This document shows, piece by piece, positions 46,918-58,926 of a stretch of 64,000 nucleotides of DNA (its first letter is position 1; every line of letters begins with the position of its first letter). A program made the position numbers and the translations under genes. Location: NCBI GenBank assembly GCA_965261395.1, contig OZ253462.1:992001-1056000 (forward strand), in the 5' to 3' direction. The notes under the pieces were generated by a model. That model ran no database searches. It had not been told where the DNA came from and worked only from the letters and a program-made list of their open reading frames with translations. The DNA comes from Candidatus Latescibacterota bacterium (GTDB lineage: Bacteria; Latescibacterota; UBA2968; UBA8231).

Positions 46918-47814
46918 CTACGTTTTAGATCGTCGCCCCAATCCCACCTGCGAGATCAGCATCCCCGCAAACATCAGCCCACACCCGACCAGCCCGCGCA
47001 AAGGCATCCCTTCGTTTAGCAAAAGCCACCCCCCCAACGCGGCGAAGACCGTCTCCAGACTGAGGATGATGGCCGCGTGGCCGGGGGCCGCCCGCCGCTG
47101 AGCCACCACCTGCAAGGTATAGGCCACGCCCACCGACAGCATACCCCCGTACAACACGGGTAAGGCCGCATCGACAAGCGGTTGCAGAGCGATGTGCTCG
47201 GTGCCGAGGGCGACGGCCGTGCTGAGAAGCGAGCAGACGAGGAATTGCAAAAAAGCCAGCATCGCCCAATCGAGCTGACGCGAGAGGCTCCCGATGACCA
47301 GCACGTGCCCGGCCCAAAAGAACGCACTCACGAGCACGAGCCCGTCGCCGCGAGCAATGGCCAGTGGCGGCTCTACGCTCAGCAGATACAGGCCGGCGGT
47401 CGCCACCAGCGCGCCGGCCCAAGTGCTGCGGCGACTGCGATGCCGTAGCAACAAGGCGAGAATCGGCACCAGAATTACATATAGTCCGGTGATGAACCCG
47501 GCCTTGCCGGCCGTAGTGTGGACGATGCCGACCTGTTGCAGGGATGCGGCGGTAAAGAGGAAAAGCCCGGCGAGCAGGCCGCCTGGGAGAGCGTGGTGGA
47601 GGCGGCCTGCGAGTGGTGTGGCGGTGGTTCGCAGGACAAACGGCAAAAGCGGCAAGCAGCCGAGGGCGAAGCGCACGCCATTGAAGAAGAAGGGCCCGAC
47701 GTGCTCCATGCCGACGCGCTGGGCGACGAAGGCGAAGCCCCAGATCAGGGCCGTGAGCAGGAGCAGGAGATCGCTGCGAATTGGGGCGGGACGCGCCGCC
47801 GTGCCAGTGCTCAT
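46918..47814 (-). CDS. DMT/EamA family transporter
   Basis: IWGFAFVAQR, AGFITGLYV, AAIILSLE; about 10 TM; start MSTGTAARP at 47814. Confidence 0.9.
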   Translation of the reverse strand: MSTGTAARPAPIRSDLLLLLTALIWGFAFVAQRVGMEHVGPFFFNGVRFALGCLPLLPFVLRTTATPLAGRLHHALPGGLLAGLFLFTAASLQQVGIVHTTAGKAGFITGLYVILVPILALLLRHRSRRSTWAGALVATAGLYLLSVEPPLAIARGDGLVLVSAFFWAGHVLVIGSLSRQLDWAMLAFLQFLVCSLLSTAVALGTEHIALQPLVDAALPVLYGGMLSVGVAYTLQVVAQRRAAPGHAAIILSLETVFAALGGWLLLNEGMPLRGLVGCGLMFAGMLISQVGLGRRSKT

Positions 47815-47815
47815 A

Positions 47816-48826
47816 TCAGCGCCTGACGGGCAGTGGTCGGCCCGAGTGTTTTTGAACCAGTGCAAAGACCACGAGGTTGGTGCCGAACTGTAAGCTGCGG
47901 TTGCGGCCTTCGGCGTTGAGGTTGCCCCAGAACCAGCTAATGTTGAGATCGCTGAAGATAACTGCGGTCCGGCCTCTGATCTCGATAGCCTCTAAGGCTG
48001 AGACGTTGCCTTGGCGGATGCCGCTTAGGGGCGGGCCATCGGAGAAGTCGAAATAGGCCGAGTACAGGGGGTCGTTCTTGGGCAGTTTGCGCCAACGCCC
48101 CCCGTCGCTGCCGAGGACTTGCGGGTCTTTGAGCAGGGCCTTGAACTGCTGGTCGAAGGCGGTACCGGCTATGCCGGCACCACCCCGACTGCGGCGGAGA
48201 TTCGCTCCGAGAGGCAGGATGTCCTCGGCGAAGAGCAGGCCGCCGTTTTGCAGGTATTGAGCGAGGTTTTTCTTTTCTGGCTGAGTTATGCGCATCTCCC
48301 CGTCGCAGCCGGTCATATAGAGCATCAGCGCGTCCATGATGCTCCGGTCGTGTAGGGTGAGGTTGCGCCAGTTTAGCGACACTTCGAGATCGGTCTCCGC
48401 GCGGGTGAAACGCACCAGTTCCTCAAGAGCCGACGAAAGGTAATCTCGATCCTTGACGGCATCGTTGTACTCTACTTGGACGATAGTCGAGGTACTACCG
48501 GGAGTCGGCGTCGAGCGTTGGCGCTCGGGCTCGGGGACTGTCAAGGGAGGGCGCTCGTCTTGGGCTAGAGCTGGGGTAGCGAGCAGTAGTATAAGAAGGT
48601 GACTTGTGCTCGGTCGGCGGGCGCGGCGGTGGGATGCGAGCGGCGCGGCGGCGGTTCGCAGGACAAAAGGCAAAAGCGGCAAGCAGCCGAGGGCGAAGCG
48701 CACGCCATTGAAGAAAAAGGGGCCGACGCGCTGGGCGACGAAGACGAAACCCCAGATCAGGGCCGTGAGCAGGAGTAGGAGGTCGCTGCGAACTTGGGCG
48801 GGACGCGCCGTCGTGCCAGCGCTCAT
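47816..48826 (-). CDS. Chimeric ORF: ~60-aa DMT N-terminal fragment fused to a DUF4159-like protein
   Basis: N-terminus nearly identical to the DMT gene; remainder paralogous to 48828..49646. Confidence 0.75.
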   Translation of the reverse strand: MSAGTTARPAQVRSDLLLLLTALIWGFVFVAQRVGPFFFNGVRFALGCLPLLPFVLRTAAAPLASHRRARRPSTSHLLILLLATPALAQDERPPLTVPEPERQRSTPTPGSTSTIVQVEYNDAVKDRDYLSSALEELVRFTRAETDLEVSLNWRNLTLHDRSIMDALMLYMTGCDGEMRITQPEKKNLAQYLQNGGLLFAEDILPLGANLRRSRGGAGIAGTAFDQQFKALLKDPQVLGSDGGRWRKLPKNDPLYSAYFDFSDGPPLSGIRQGNVSALEAIEIRGRTAVIFSDLNISWFWGNLNAEGRNRSLQFGTNLVVFALVQKHSGRPLPVRR

Positions 48827-48827
48827 C

Positions 48828-49646
48828 TCAGCGCCTGAAGGGCAGTGGCCGGCCCGCGTATTTTTGTGCCAGCGCGCAGATCAAGAGGTTGGTGCCGAAC
48901 TGTAAGCTGCGGTCGCGGCCATCGGCGTTGAGATTGCCCCAGAACCAGCTAATGTTGAGGTCGCTGAAGATAACGGCGATCCGGCCCTTGAGTTCTATGG
49001 CTTCCAAGGCGAAGACGTTGCCCCGGTTCGTGCCGCTTAAGGGCGGCCCATCGAAGAAGTCGAAATAGGCCGAGTACAGGGGATCGCTCTTGGGCAGTTT
49101 GCGCCAGTGCCCTCCCTTACTGCCGAGGACCTGTGGGTCTTTGAGCAGGGCCTTGAACTGCCGGTCGAAGGGGGTGCCAGCTACGCCGGCGGACCCGCGT
49201 AAGTTCGCCTCTAGGGGCAAGATATCCTCGGCAAAGAGCAGGCCGCCGCTGCGCAGGTAGTGGGCGAGGCCTTGCTTTTCGCGCTCGTCTATGTGCATGG
49301 AGCAGTCGAAGCCGGTCATGTAGAGCATCAGCGCGTCTGCGATGCGCGGGTCGTCGAGGGTGAGGACGCGCGAGTGCAGCGGCACTTCGAGTTGGGTCGA
49401 TGTGCGGGTGAAGCTCACCAGTTCCTGCGCGGCCAGCGAGAGGTAGTCGCGCTCCTTGATCGCGTATTTGTAGCTCACTTGGACGACGGTCAAGGGGTTG
49501 CCCGATGCCGGCGTCGCAAGCCGGCGTTCGGGTTGGGGGATTGATATGGGGGGCCGCTCGTCTTGGGCTAGAGCCGGGGTGAGGAGCAGTACTATAAGAA
49601 GGAGACTTGCTCTCGGCCGGCGGATTCGGTGTTGGACGGTGGCCAT
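48828..49646 (-). CDS. DUF4159-like secreted protein
   Basis: Signal peptide LLLIVLLLTPALA; MLYMTG, YLRSGGLLFAED, GRIAVIFS, FGTN; start MATVQH at 49646. Confidence 0.65.
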   Translation of the reverse strand: MATVQHRIRRPRASLLLIVLLLTPALAQDERPPISIPQPERRLATPASGNPLTVVQVSYKYAIKERDYLSLAAQELVSFTRTSTQLEVPLHSRVLTLDDPRIADALMLYMTGFDCSMHIDEREKQGLAHYLRSGGLLFAEDILPLEANLRGSAGVAGTPFDRQFKALLKDPQVLGSKGGHWRKLPKSDPLYSAYFDFFDGPPLSGTNRGNVFALEAIELKGRIAVIFSDLNISWFWGNLNADGRDRSLQFGTNLLICALAQKYAGRPLPFRR

Positions 49647-49678
49647 GTTATATCCCAAGGTCGCGCCGTGGCGACAGA

Positions 49679-50659
49679 TCACGCGCTGAGCTTGTTGACC
49701 ACTTGGATGAGGGCCTGCATAAAGCCCACGCAATGGGCGCGCCCCCTGTGCCCCCAAGGCGAGTCATCGACAACATGGGGCACGTGATCGGTGATCATGA
49801 AGCCGTCGAAACCGACCGCCTTGAGCGTCTTGACGACTTCGAAGGTATCGACTTGACCGCAGTCGATGAAGGTCTCGTGGAAGTCCTCCACCGGCCCAAT
49901 GACATCGCGGAAGTGGATGTAGATAATTTTCTTTTGGCCACCGAAGTGGCGGACGGCGCGGATGACGTTGTCGTGGCCGCCCATCTCCGACCAGCACCCC
50001 ATGCAGAAGTTGAGGCCGTGGTGCGGACTGTCGAAGGTGTCCATGTTGCGTTTGAAGTCGTCGAAAGAACTGCATATCCGCGCTATGCCGCCCAAGGTGG
50101 TGCCGGTGGGCGGGTCGTCCGGGTGTAGGGCCAAACGGACATTGGCTTCTTCGGCTACGGGCAGGATCCGCTCCAAATACCAGCAGTAGTTTTCCCACAT
50201 CTCCTCGTGGGTGAAGACGCGGCCGTGGGTCAATTCTTCGGGGTCGTGTTCGGCGAGGGCAAAGCGAGTGGCGCGAGCGCCGCCGCGCAAGGTCGCTGGC
50301 TCGGGCGTGCGCCAGACGCTGTTGGGGATCCAGTGGTAGCCTAGGATCGGGATGCCGGCCTTGCCCATATTGCGCACGGTGTTGATCATGTGCTGGAGCT
50401 GGTCTTCGCGGCCGTTTTGGCCGAGCATGATCTTGTCGTAAAACGATGTAGGCACGTTTTCCAGCGCCATCAGACGCAGTTCGGCGTCGTCGGCCCGCTT
50501 TTTGAGGGCGGCCAAGTCGTCGTATTCCCATTGCTTGTCGCCAGGAAGCCTAGGGGTGTTCATCAGGAAATCGTCGCAACCCATCTGCTTGATAAAAGCG
50601 AGCTTCTCGTCGGTAAGTTCGTTGAACTGGCCTAGACCCACGCGCATTTGCAGGGACAT
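49679..50659 (-). CDS. uxuA: Mannonate dehydratase family
   Basis: LALHPDDPP, IHFRDV, TDHVP; start MSLQMR at 50659 after GGAGG. Confidence 0.85.
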   Translation of the reverse strand: MSLQMRVGLGQFNELTDEKLAFIKQMGCDDFLMNTPRLPGDKQWEYDDLAALKKRADDAELRLMALENVPTSFYDKIMLGQNGREDQLQHMINTVRNMGKAGIPILGYHWIPNSVWRTPEPATLRGGARATRFALAEHDPEELTHGRVFTHEEMWENYCWYLERILPVAEEANVRLALHPDDPPTGTTLGGIARICSSFDDFKRNMDTFDSPHHGLNFCMGCWSEMGGHDNVIRAVRHFGGQKKIIYIHFRDVIGPVEDFHETFIDCGQVDTFEVVKTLKAVGFDGFMITDHVPHVVDDSPWGHRGRAHCVGFMQALIQVVNKLSA

Positions 50660-50720
50660 AAGTAGCCTCCAAAAGTGAGGGATTGAAGAGCAGGGAATTT
50701 GCCGAAGCCGCCGGAGCGGG

Positions 50721-51635
50721 TCAAGCGCGGCCGCCGACGCCGGCCCCGGTGCGGACATGTACCTCTAGACCGGCTGCGGAGTCGGTGACTAGATCGCTGT
50801 CAAAGGCAATCGCCCCCGGCTCGAAAAGCAGCACGACGGTCGAGCCGCCGAACTGGAAAAAGCCCTTTTCTTGGCCGCGTTCACAAGGCCCTGGCGAGTA
50901 CGTCTGGACGATGCTGGCGACGTTGATGGCACCAACCTCGATGTAGGCAATCCTGCCGAAGGCGGGCGTCGCTAGCTCGCAGACGGAGCGCCGGTTGCGG
51001 TGGAATACGTCGGGCACGCGGGCGAGGGCGATGGGGTTGACCGAGTGATAGGTGCCGTTGATCCACTGCGTCTGACCGGCTTGGCTGTCGGCTGGGAAGT
51101 GGAAGCGGTGATAGTCGTAGGGGGCGAGGCGCACGACGAGAGCGGCACCGCCGTGGTACGGGGTGGGGTCGATTGTCTCGGCTAGGAGCTCGTGGGCCGC
51201 GAGTTGGCCGCTTTTGACCGGCAGCACGTCCTCGGCTGTGAGCTGCGGATAGACGAGGACTTTGCCATCGGCTGGGCAACAGAGGCGCTCGGGGCCGGGG
51301 TCGCAGGGTCTAGCTCCGGGTTTGAGGCGGCGAATAAAAAAGTCGTTGAAGCTGGAATAGTGGCTGAGGGAAAATTCGACTTCGTCGAGGTCAATGCGGT
51401 AGCGCTCGACAAAAGGCCGGATCTGACGCCGAGTCCAAGGACGTTGCTTCCACCAGCCGTAGAGATGGGAGCCAAGGGGTCGGTTGAGGACCGCGCGAAA
51501 GACGAGATGCCCTGCGTTTGTGCCGTAGAACCAGCGGAGGAGGGACTGCCCCGGGACGTGTTCGACGACGACAGTTCCGGTTTGGCGGTCGCGGTAGCGG
51601 GTTGGTGTGGGGGTGGTGGTTCGAAGAGAAAGCAT
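50721..51635 (-). CDS. psd: Phosphatidylserine decarboxylase proenzyme
   Basis: FNDFFIRRLK, PADG, RLAPYDYHRFH, FGGST cleavage motif. Confidence 0.92.
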   Translation of the reverse strand: MLSLRTTTPTPTRYRDRQTGTVVVEHVPGQSLLRWFYGTNAGHLVFRAVLNRPLGSHLYGWWKQRPWTRRQIRPFVERYRIDLDEVEFSLSHYSSFNDFFIRRLKPGARPCDPGPERLCCPADGKVLVYPQLTAEDVLPVKSGQLAAHELLAETIDPTPYHGGAALVVRLAPYDYHRFHFPADSQAGQTQWINGTYHSVNPIALARVPDVFHRNRRSVCELATPAFGRIAYIEVGAINVASIVQTYSPGPCERGQEKGFFQFGGSTVVLLFEPGAIAFDSDLVTDSAAGLEVHVRTGAGVGGRA

Positions 51636-51649
51636 GTGAAAAGAAATAA

Positions 51650-53984
<2,335 letters not shown>

Positions 53985-53988
<4 letters not shown>

Positions 53989-54467
53989 GCGAGGGCCTCT
54001 TCGATGGCGGCGACTACTGTCGGATCGTTAGGGGTGGTCCGGGGCGCAAAACGGGCCAGCGGTTGGCCGTCCTTGTCGATGAGGAATTTCTCGAAGTTCC
54101 AGGAGATGTCGCCGGGAAAGGCCGCACCTTCGCCAGCGAGATAGGTATAGAGCAGATGACGGTTGGGGCCGTTGACCTCTATCTTGCCAAAGAGCGGGAA
54201 ACTCACGTCGTAGCGGGTCTGACAGAAGTCGAGGATCTGCTCCTCGCTGTTAGGCTCTTGCCCTCCGAATTGGTTACAGGGGAAGCCGAGGACCGCTAGG
54301 CCCTTGGCGGCGTATTGGCGATGCAGTGCCTCTAGGTCGGAGTATTGCGGGGTCAGGCCACACTCGCTGGCCACATTGACGACGAGGAGCGCCTTTCCGG
54401 CGTAGTCGGCTAGGTCGGCGTCTTGGCCGCGAATGGTTTGGGCTGTGAAGTCGTGGACGCTGCTCAT
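53985..54467 (-). CDS. Glutathione peroxidase (Cys type)
   Basis: VNVASECGLT, FPCNQFG, WNFEKFL; start MSSVHDF at 54467. Confidence 0.93.
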
Positions 54468-54615
54468 GTTTTTCTCCTTGTAATTCGACGGTTCGGTTGA
54501 AGTTGGGTTAGACTCTAATATTGCCACTCGCCTAGCTGCGTTCAATGCCCGATGCATATCCGGCCCACCTTGCCTATCTTTTTATGCCCCTCTAACACAA
54601 GCAGAGAAAGAGACC

Positions 54616-55428
54616 ATGAGCGACCGACCGGCTATCGAAATTTACTCAATCGGCACCGAGCTTCTAAACGGACAGATCCAGGACACCAATTCTTTCTGGA
54701 TGGCGCAGCAGATCGCGGCGCTCGGCGGCTATGTGCGTCGGATCGCGATCTTGGACGACGATATGGACGAGTTGACTGGTGTGCTTAAAGACGCCTGCCG
54801 GCGCGGAACCCAAGTGGTGATTACCACCGGAGGACTTGGGCCGACGCCCGACGACATGACAGTCGAGGCCATCGCCAAGATCATGGGAGTGGGCACGGAA
54901 GTCGATGAAACCTTGGTCAAGCGCTATATGGAGAGCCGTGGTATTGAAAAGCGCGCCGACGTCAGCGAAGGGCTGATCAAGATGGCGACCAAACCGGAAA
55001 GCTCCACGGCCCACCCCAACCCGGCGGGCGTGGCTCCTTGCGTGGAGTCGCAGGTCGGCGAGACCTCGATTTACAGCCTACCCGGTCCGCCGCGCGAGGT
55101 CGAGGCACTGTTTCGCCAGTCGGTAGAGGATGCCCTGGCCGGGATATACGACGATGTGCGGCTTGCGTTGCGGGTCGTCGTCAACCTACCCGAATCGCAG
55201 TGCGGCCCGATCCTGCACAGCGTAATGAGCCAATGTCCCAATACCTATCTCAAGGCCTTCGTCGCGTTGAGCGAGCGCACGGCCGACGGTCAGCGGCTGC
55301 CGGTGGATATCGTCGTTTGGGGCAAGAAAGTCGAGGAGGCGCAGGCCCTGCTCGATAAGGCGTTGGCGGAGTTTAAGGCTCAGGCGTACGAGAAGGGCAG
55401 CGAGGTCGAAATCCGCGACGAGCAATAA
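54616..55428 (+). CDS. CinA N-terminal / molybdopterin-binding domain protein
   Basis: SIGTELLNG..DTN, TTGGLGPTPDDMT, LPGPPRE. Confidence 0.85.
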   Translation: MSDRPAIEIYSIGTELLNGQIQDTNSFWMAQQIAALGGYVRRIAILDDDMDELTGVLKDACRRGTQVVITTGGLGPTPDDMTVEAIAKIMGVGTEVDETLVKRYMESRGIEKRADVSEGLIKMATKPESSTAHPNPAGVAPCVESQVGETSIYSLPGPPREVEALFRQSVEDALAGIYDDVRLALRVVVNLPESQCGPILHSVMSQCPNTYLKAFVALSERTADGQRLPVDIVVWGKKVEEAQALLDKALAEFKAQAYEKGSEVEIRDEQ

Positions 55429-56208
55429 GTACGCGAAGTACCAACGGTAATGACTCCCTATTCCAGATTTTTCGCAGTGCAGGCTTGGACGGTTTTATGT
55501 TCGGTCGGTTTCACTTCTTGTCTTCATTTTGGCCTTTTGAGAGAATCTCAACGCTCTCCGCCAGACGTTCTGCGTATGCAACTGCTGGAATTCGGACCCA
55601 ATTGGCAGTAAACTGGAATATCCATAATAAAGAAAGGACGAGACTAAACGCTCCCGCCAAAATCAGAGCTTCGTCATATTGAGAAGTAGAGCGGTAAACA
55701 AAATAAAGCCCAATAGCACACGTCCCTAAACTTAGAAAGGAGCCGAGAATCCCCCTTGGACGCATACCGTAAACATTACGTCGATATCCATAGTTTATGA
55801 GTTCCTGACGCACGAGAGGGAACTTTTCTCCTCTCGTATTTGTCCGGAGGTAATTAGACCATGCTGTGTAAATTTCGTCTGCAGATGCGGGGTCAGCTTC
55901 TTCTTGTTCGATCGTTGGAGCTGTGGACCCTTCGACCAAATGTGTAAGCTGTTTGTGATACTTGGCTTTAGTAATTTTATCCAAGCGATTATCGGTGTGC
56001 CGGAAAATTGCCATGGACGGCATTCCTCCCCACTTCTTGAATAGTCCAGGCTGCTTTTCGTAACCCTTGTCTCGGCCTGACTGAGCCAAGTAGCACGCTC
56101 CACCACAAGATACGAGTATCGTCGCACCAATAGCCTGGACAGTAGATATCTGGATTGACAGCAAAGCGAGAAACGCTCCTACAATCGGAGCTATCAACAG
56201 AATTGCTG

Positions 56209-57393
56209 GGCTTTGTTGCATGAAAACCGGTCGGGGCCGTGTTGGCTTCTTTCGCGTGTGATTTACGCTTTTTTGGTTAGCGGATAGGACTCAGGTTTCG
56301 CCAACGCCCGCATCCGGTTGAGCAAGGCACAGCCCAACCGCGCTTCGGTCTGTTGGTTGGTTAGGGTTCGGGTGCGCAAGGTGTCACCAAGTATCTGTTT
56401 GTAGCGGCCTATCTGCGTTTCGGCTACCGAGCGTCGATGATAGCCGCTCTCGTGTTTCCAACCTCGACGGCCCCGTTTGCGGATGGCTCGAATCGTCTCA
56501 TCGCGGGGCAACGGCTCGGCGTTGGTGTTGCCATGTTGCTCGATTTTGGCGTCCTTGCGCGGCGGAATGATCGGATGAATAGGTGCCCCCTGCTCGGGCG
56601 CGGCCAACGCCTTGAACACCTTGCGTTTGTCATAGGCCCCATCGCCGCCCAACGCCTCCACGGGGGCCTCGATCTGTGCCAGCAACGGCTCCACCTGCCC
56701 CGCATCATCGTGGCTATTCGTCGTCAAGGTCTGCGCGACGATCTCGCCGGTGGCTTCATTAACCCCGAGGTGCAATTTGCGCCACGTGCGCCGCTTGCTC
56801 CAGCCGTGCTGACGCACCTTCCATTCGCCTTCGCCATACACTTTCAGCCCGGTCGAATCCACCACCAAGTGCATCGGTTGGTCTCCCCGCTGGGGCGGCC
56901 ACGCCACGGCTAAACCCGCCTGACGGCGCGACAGGGTCGTGTGATCGGGCACCCGCAGATCCAAGCCCATCAGGGCCAACACCGAAGCGACAAACCCCTC
57001 GGTTTGGCGTAGGGGCAAGTGATACAAAAGACGCAGCGTCAACGCCGTTTGGATGGCGACCTCCGAAAAGGTATATTGCGCCCCCCGCTGAGGCGGCCCT
57101 TGATAATACCAAGCTTCGACGGCCTGGGGCGTGAACCACACCGTCAGACTACCGCGCTGTTGCAGCCCGGCCTCATAGTCGGCCCAATTACGTACCCGGT
57201 ACACGACGTTGGAGCGACGGCGAGGCGAGCGACCAGGCTTGACGGAAGAGGGGCAAGACGATAGGTTGGCCATGACAGGTTCCTTGGACGAGAAAGCATG
57301 GGTTTTTTGGCGAAAGTCGTGCTCAATCTACTGAGGAGCCTGTTTTTATTCAACCGATCAACCGAAAAAAACACCAATTCATGCACCAAAGCC
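56209..57393 (-). mobile_element. IS5 family, IS903-group insertion sequence (1185 bp)
   Basis: IRs ggctttgttgcatgaa / ttcatgcaccaaagcc (15/16 match); 9-bp TSD gaattgctg at 56200-56208 and 57394-57402. Confidence 0.95.
56263..57273 (-). CDS. IS5/IS903-group DDE transposase
   Basis: NWADYEAGLQQRGSL, PDHTTLSRR, DSTGLKVYGEGEW, WRKLHL, DGAYD, YHRRS.AE. Confidence 0.95.
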   Translation of the reverse strand: MANLSSCPSSVKPGRSPRRRSNVVYRVRNWADYEAGLQQRGSLTVWFTPQAVEAWYYQGPPQRGAQYTFSEVAIQTALTLRLLYHLPLRQTEGFVASVLALMGLDLRVPDHTTLSRRQAGLAVAWPPQRGDQPMHLVVDSTGLKVYGEGEWKVRQHGWSKRRTWRKLHLGVNEATGEIVAQTLTTNSHDDAGQVEPLLAQIEAPVEALGGDGAYDKRKVFKALAAPEQGAPIHPIIPPRKDAKIEQHGNTNAEPLPRDETIRAIRKRGRRGWKHESGYHRRSVAETQIGRYKQILGDTLRTRTLTNQQTEARLGCALLNRMRALAKPESYPLTKKA

Positions 57394-57459
57394 GAATTGC
57401 TGGGTAAAGACGAGCCTTTCGCTCGTATTCGTCCATCAACAAGGTTTCTAAAAAATTTA

Positions 57460-58341
57460 TCATAGGTTCAACGTTCCAAGATAATAGAAGTCATCTAAGT
57501 AGCAATCATTCTCATGATCGAGAAAATCGACTTCGTAATACTCAGAGGTGAAAATACGAATTTTTCTCTCTAGACACTCAAAAACGATATCGCCCGCCGA
57601 ATTTTGTGTAATAGTGTTGTAGCCCTGATAATAATTCAGATGTGCACTTGGTGCCTCACCGATCACGATGACTTTCGGATCTAGAGCATCGAGCGTTGTT
57701 TTAGGGACTTTTCCGCTATCGCGCCCGTGGTGCGGCGCAAATAGAATATCAACTGCGGGAAGCTGAACATCGTTTTCTATTGCTTCCATAAAGTCTGTCT
57801 CCAAATCTCCCATCCAAAGCGCAGTGACTCCGTCTTGAAGGGAATACTTGATGATCGGCGAAATATTGTTCGGGCTTTTTCCTTCGGCCGCATCTTGAAG
57901 AGCGTTCTTAAAATGCTCGTTGTTTCGATCAGGCCAAAGAATATTAATACCTGAGCTACCCCTCTCTTCACTTTTCCGGTTCATCCAACGCCGTGAACAT
58001 CCCTCGTAGATATAGAAAGCTTTATCTGAGCAATGCAGTTCTCTATATCTCTTAAAGCTATCGCTTTCGTCTTCCTTTGTTGCGCTGTTCTCGACACAAT
58101 AGAAATTTAGGATCCTGATTTTGTCATCAAGATCTACCAAGCCTTGAATATGATCCTCGTCAGGATGTGTGGAGATGAACCGTGTAATGCCCTTATTGGC
58201 ACTCAAAGAATACACCTCGTCCAAGGTTGAACATTTGGTGTCGTCGTCTAAACAGCAATCAATAATCGTAAAGTTGTCACTATTGTGGTCGATATAGAAC
58301 ATATCGCCATCGCCTACAGAGTATGATTTTATTCTACTCAC
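57460..58341 (-). CDS. ComEC-like metallo-beta-lactamase-fold hydrolase, AT-rich
   Basis: SVGDGDM, THPDEDHIQG, NNIS, MGDLE, APHHG; GTG start at 58341 after AAGGAG. Confidence 0.85.
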   Translation of the reverse strand: MSRIKSYSVGDGDMFYIDHNSDNFTIIDCCLDDDTKCSTLDEVYSLSANKGITRFISTHPDEDHIQGLVDLDDKIRILNFYCVENSATKEDESDSFKRYRELHCSDKAFYIYEGCSRRWMNRKSEERGSSGINILWPDRNNEHFKNALQDAAEGKSPNNISPIIKYSLQDGVTALWMGDLETDFMEAIENDVQLPAVDILFAPHHGRDSGKVPKTTLDALDPKVIVIGEAPSAHLNYYQGYNTITQNSAGDIVFECLERKIRIFTSEYYEVDFLDHENDCYLDDFYYLGTLNL

Positions 58342-58395
58342 AAGTTTTCTCCTTTTCTTAAGGTTCAGCATAATGGACGCGAATCTTCGCCGTCA

Positions 58396-58593
58396 TCAGT
58401 TTGTGAAGAAGTGTAAAGATCGGTCTGCGGTATAGTTGACGAGATCGAGGATGGACTCGACAACCTCGCGCTTTGTAAAGATTGCGCCGCGTTCCTCGAT
58501 TCCAGCTTGCGCCAGCTTGGTCAGTGCATCCTCCACTGGGCACATGCCGGGGAAGGAAGCTTGCGTTACTTGTTGTAGTGCGCTCTGTGCCAT
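58396..58593 (-). pseudogene. Truncated N-terminus of a type II N6-adenine DNA methyltransferase (PaeR7I/Eco57I-like)
   Basis: GGAGG RBS, ATG 58593; GIEERGAIFTKREVVESILDLVNYTAD then stop before SAM-binding motif I. Confidence 0.65.
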
Positions 58594-58855
58594 GACCTGC
58601 TCGTCCTCCCTGTTCGCGTGTTTGACTATCTGTTTATGATGTTCGATAGACTCGCGCAAGTAGCGTGGAATAAGATAGGAGGCCGTCACATTGCTGTGCT
58701 GGGCCATAAGGTCAAAACGATTATTGGGTACTAAAAATATTATCGTTGGTGAGTCAACCGGTTTTAGAAGCCTTTTTAAATTCCGCTGCTCTACCTCAAG
58801 TAGCTTAGAGCATCGTAGAATCGTGCTAGCCCTTTGACACCTCAAAGAGAAAACC

Positions 58856-58892
58856 AGAAGCGCCCGATGGCTCGTCGGCATCGGGCGCTTCT
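58856..58892. terminator. Intrinsic terminator-like hairpin
   Basis: 14-bp stem agaagcgcccgatg / catcgggcgcttct downstream of the gene ending at 58927. Confidence 0.75.
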
Positions 58893-58926
58893 TTGTGCGC
58901 ATCGCAGAGGTTCTTAGGATCGGTCC

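Larger units (their letters stand above)
55511..57463 (-). pseudogene. Multi-TM hypothetical protein gene interrupted by an IS
   Basis: Removing the IS and one TSD restores MINFLETLLMDEYERKARLYPAILLIAP...WGGMPS...NYGYRRN; ATG 57463 overlaps the MBL gene stop (ATGA). Confidence 0.85.

Noticed and set aside
54350-54375. Selenoprotein glutathione peroxidase
   Set aside because: The active-site codon is TGT (Cys)
55511-58371. Calling the islet CBASS or Pycsar
   Set aside because: No CD-NTase or cyclase motifs are visible in the window
58594-58902. N-terminal part of the 168-aa ORF 58396..58902
   Set aside because: It runs through a terminator hairpin and AT-rich intergenic DNA; the RBS supports a start at 58593
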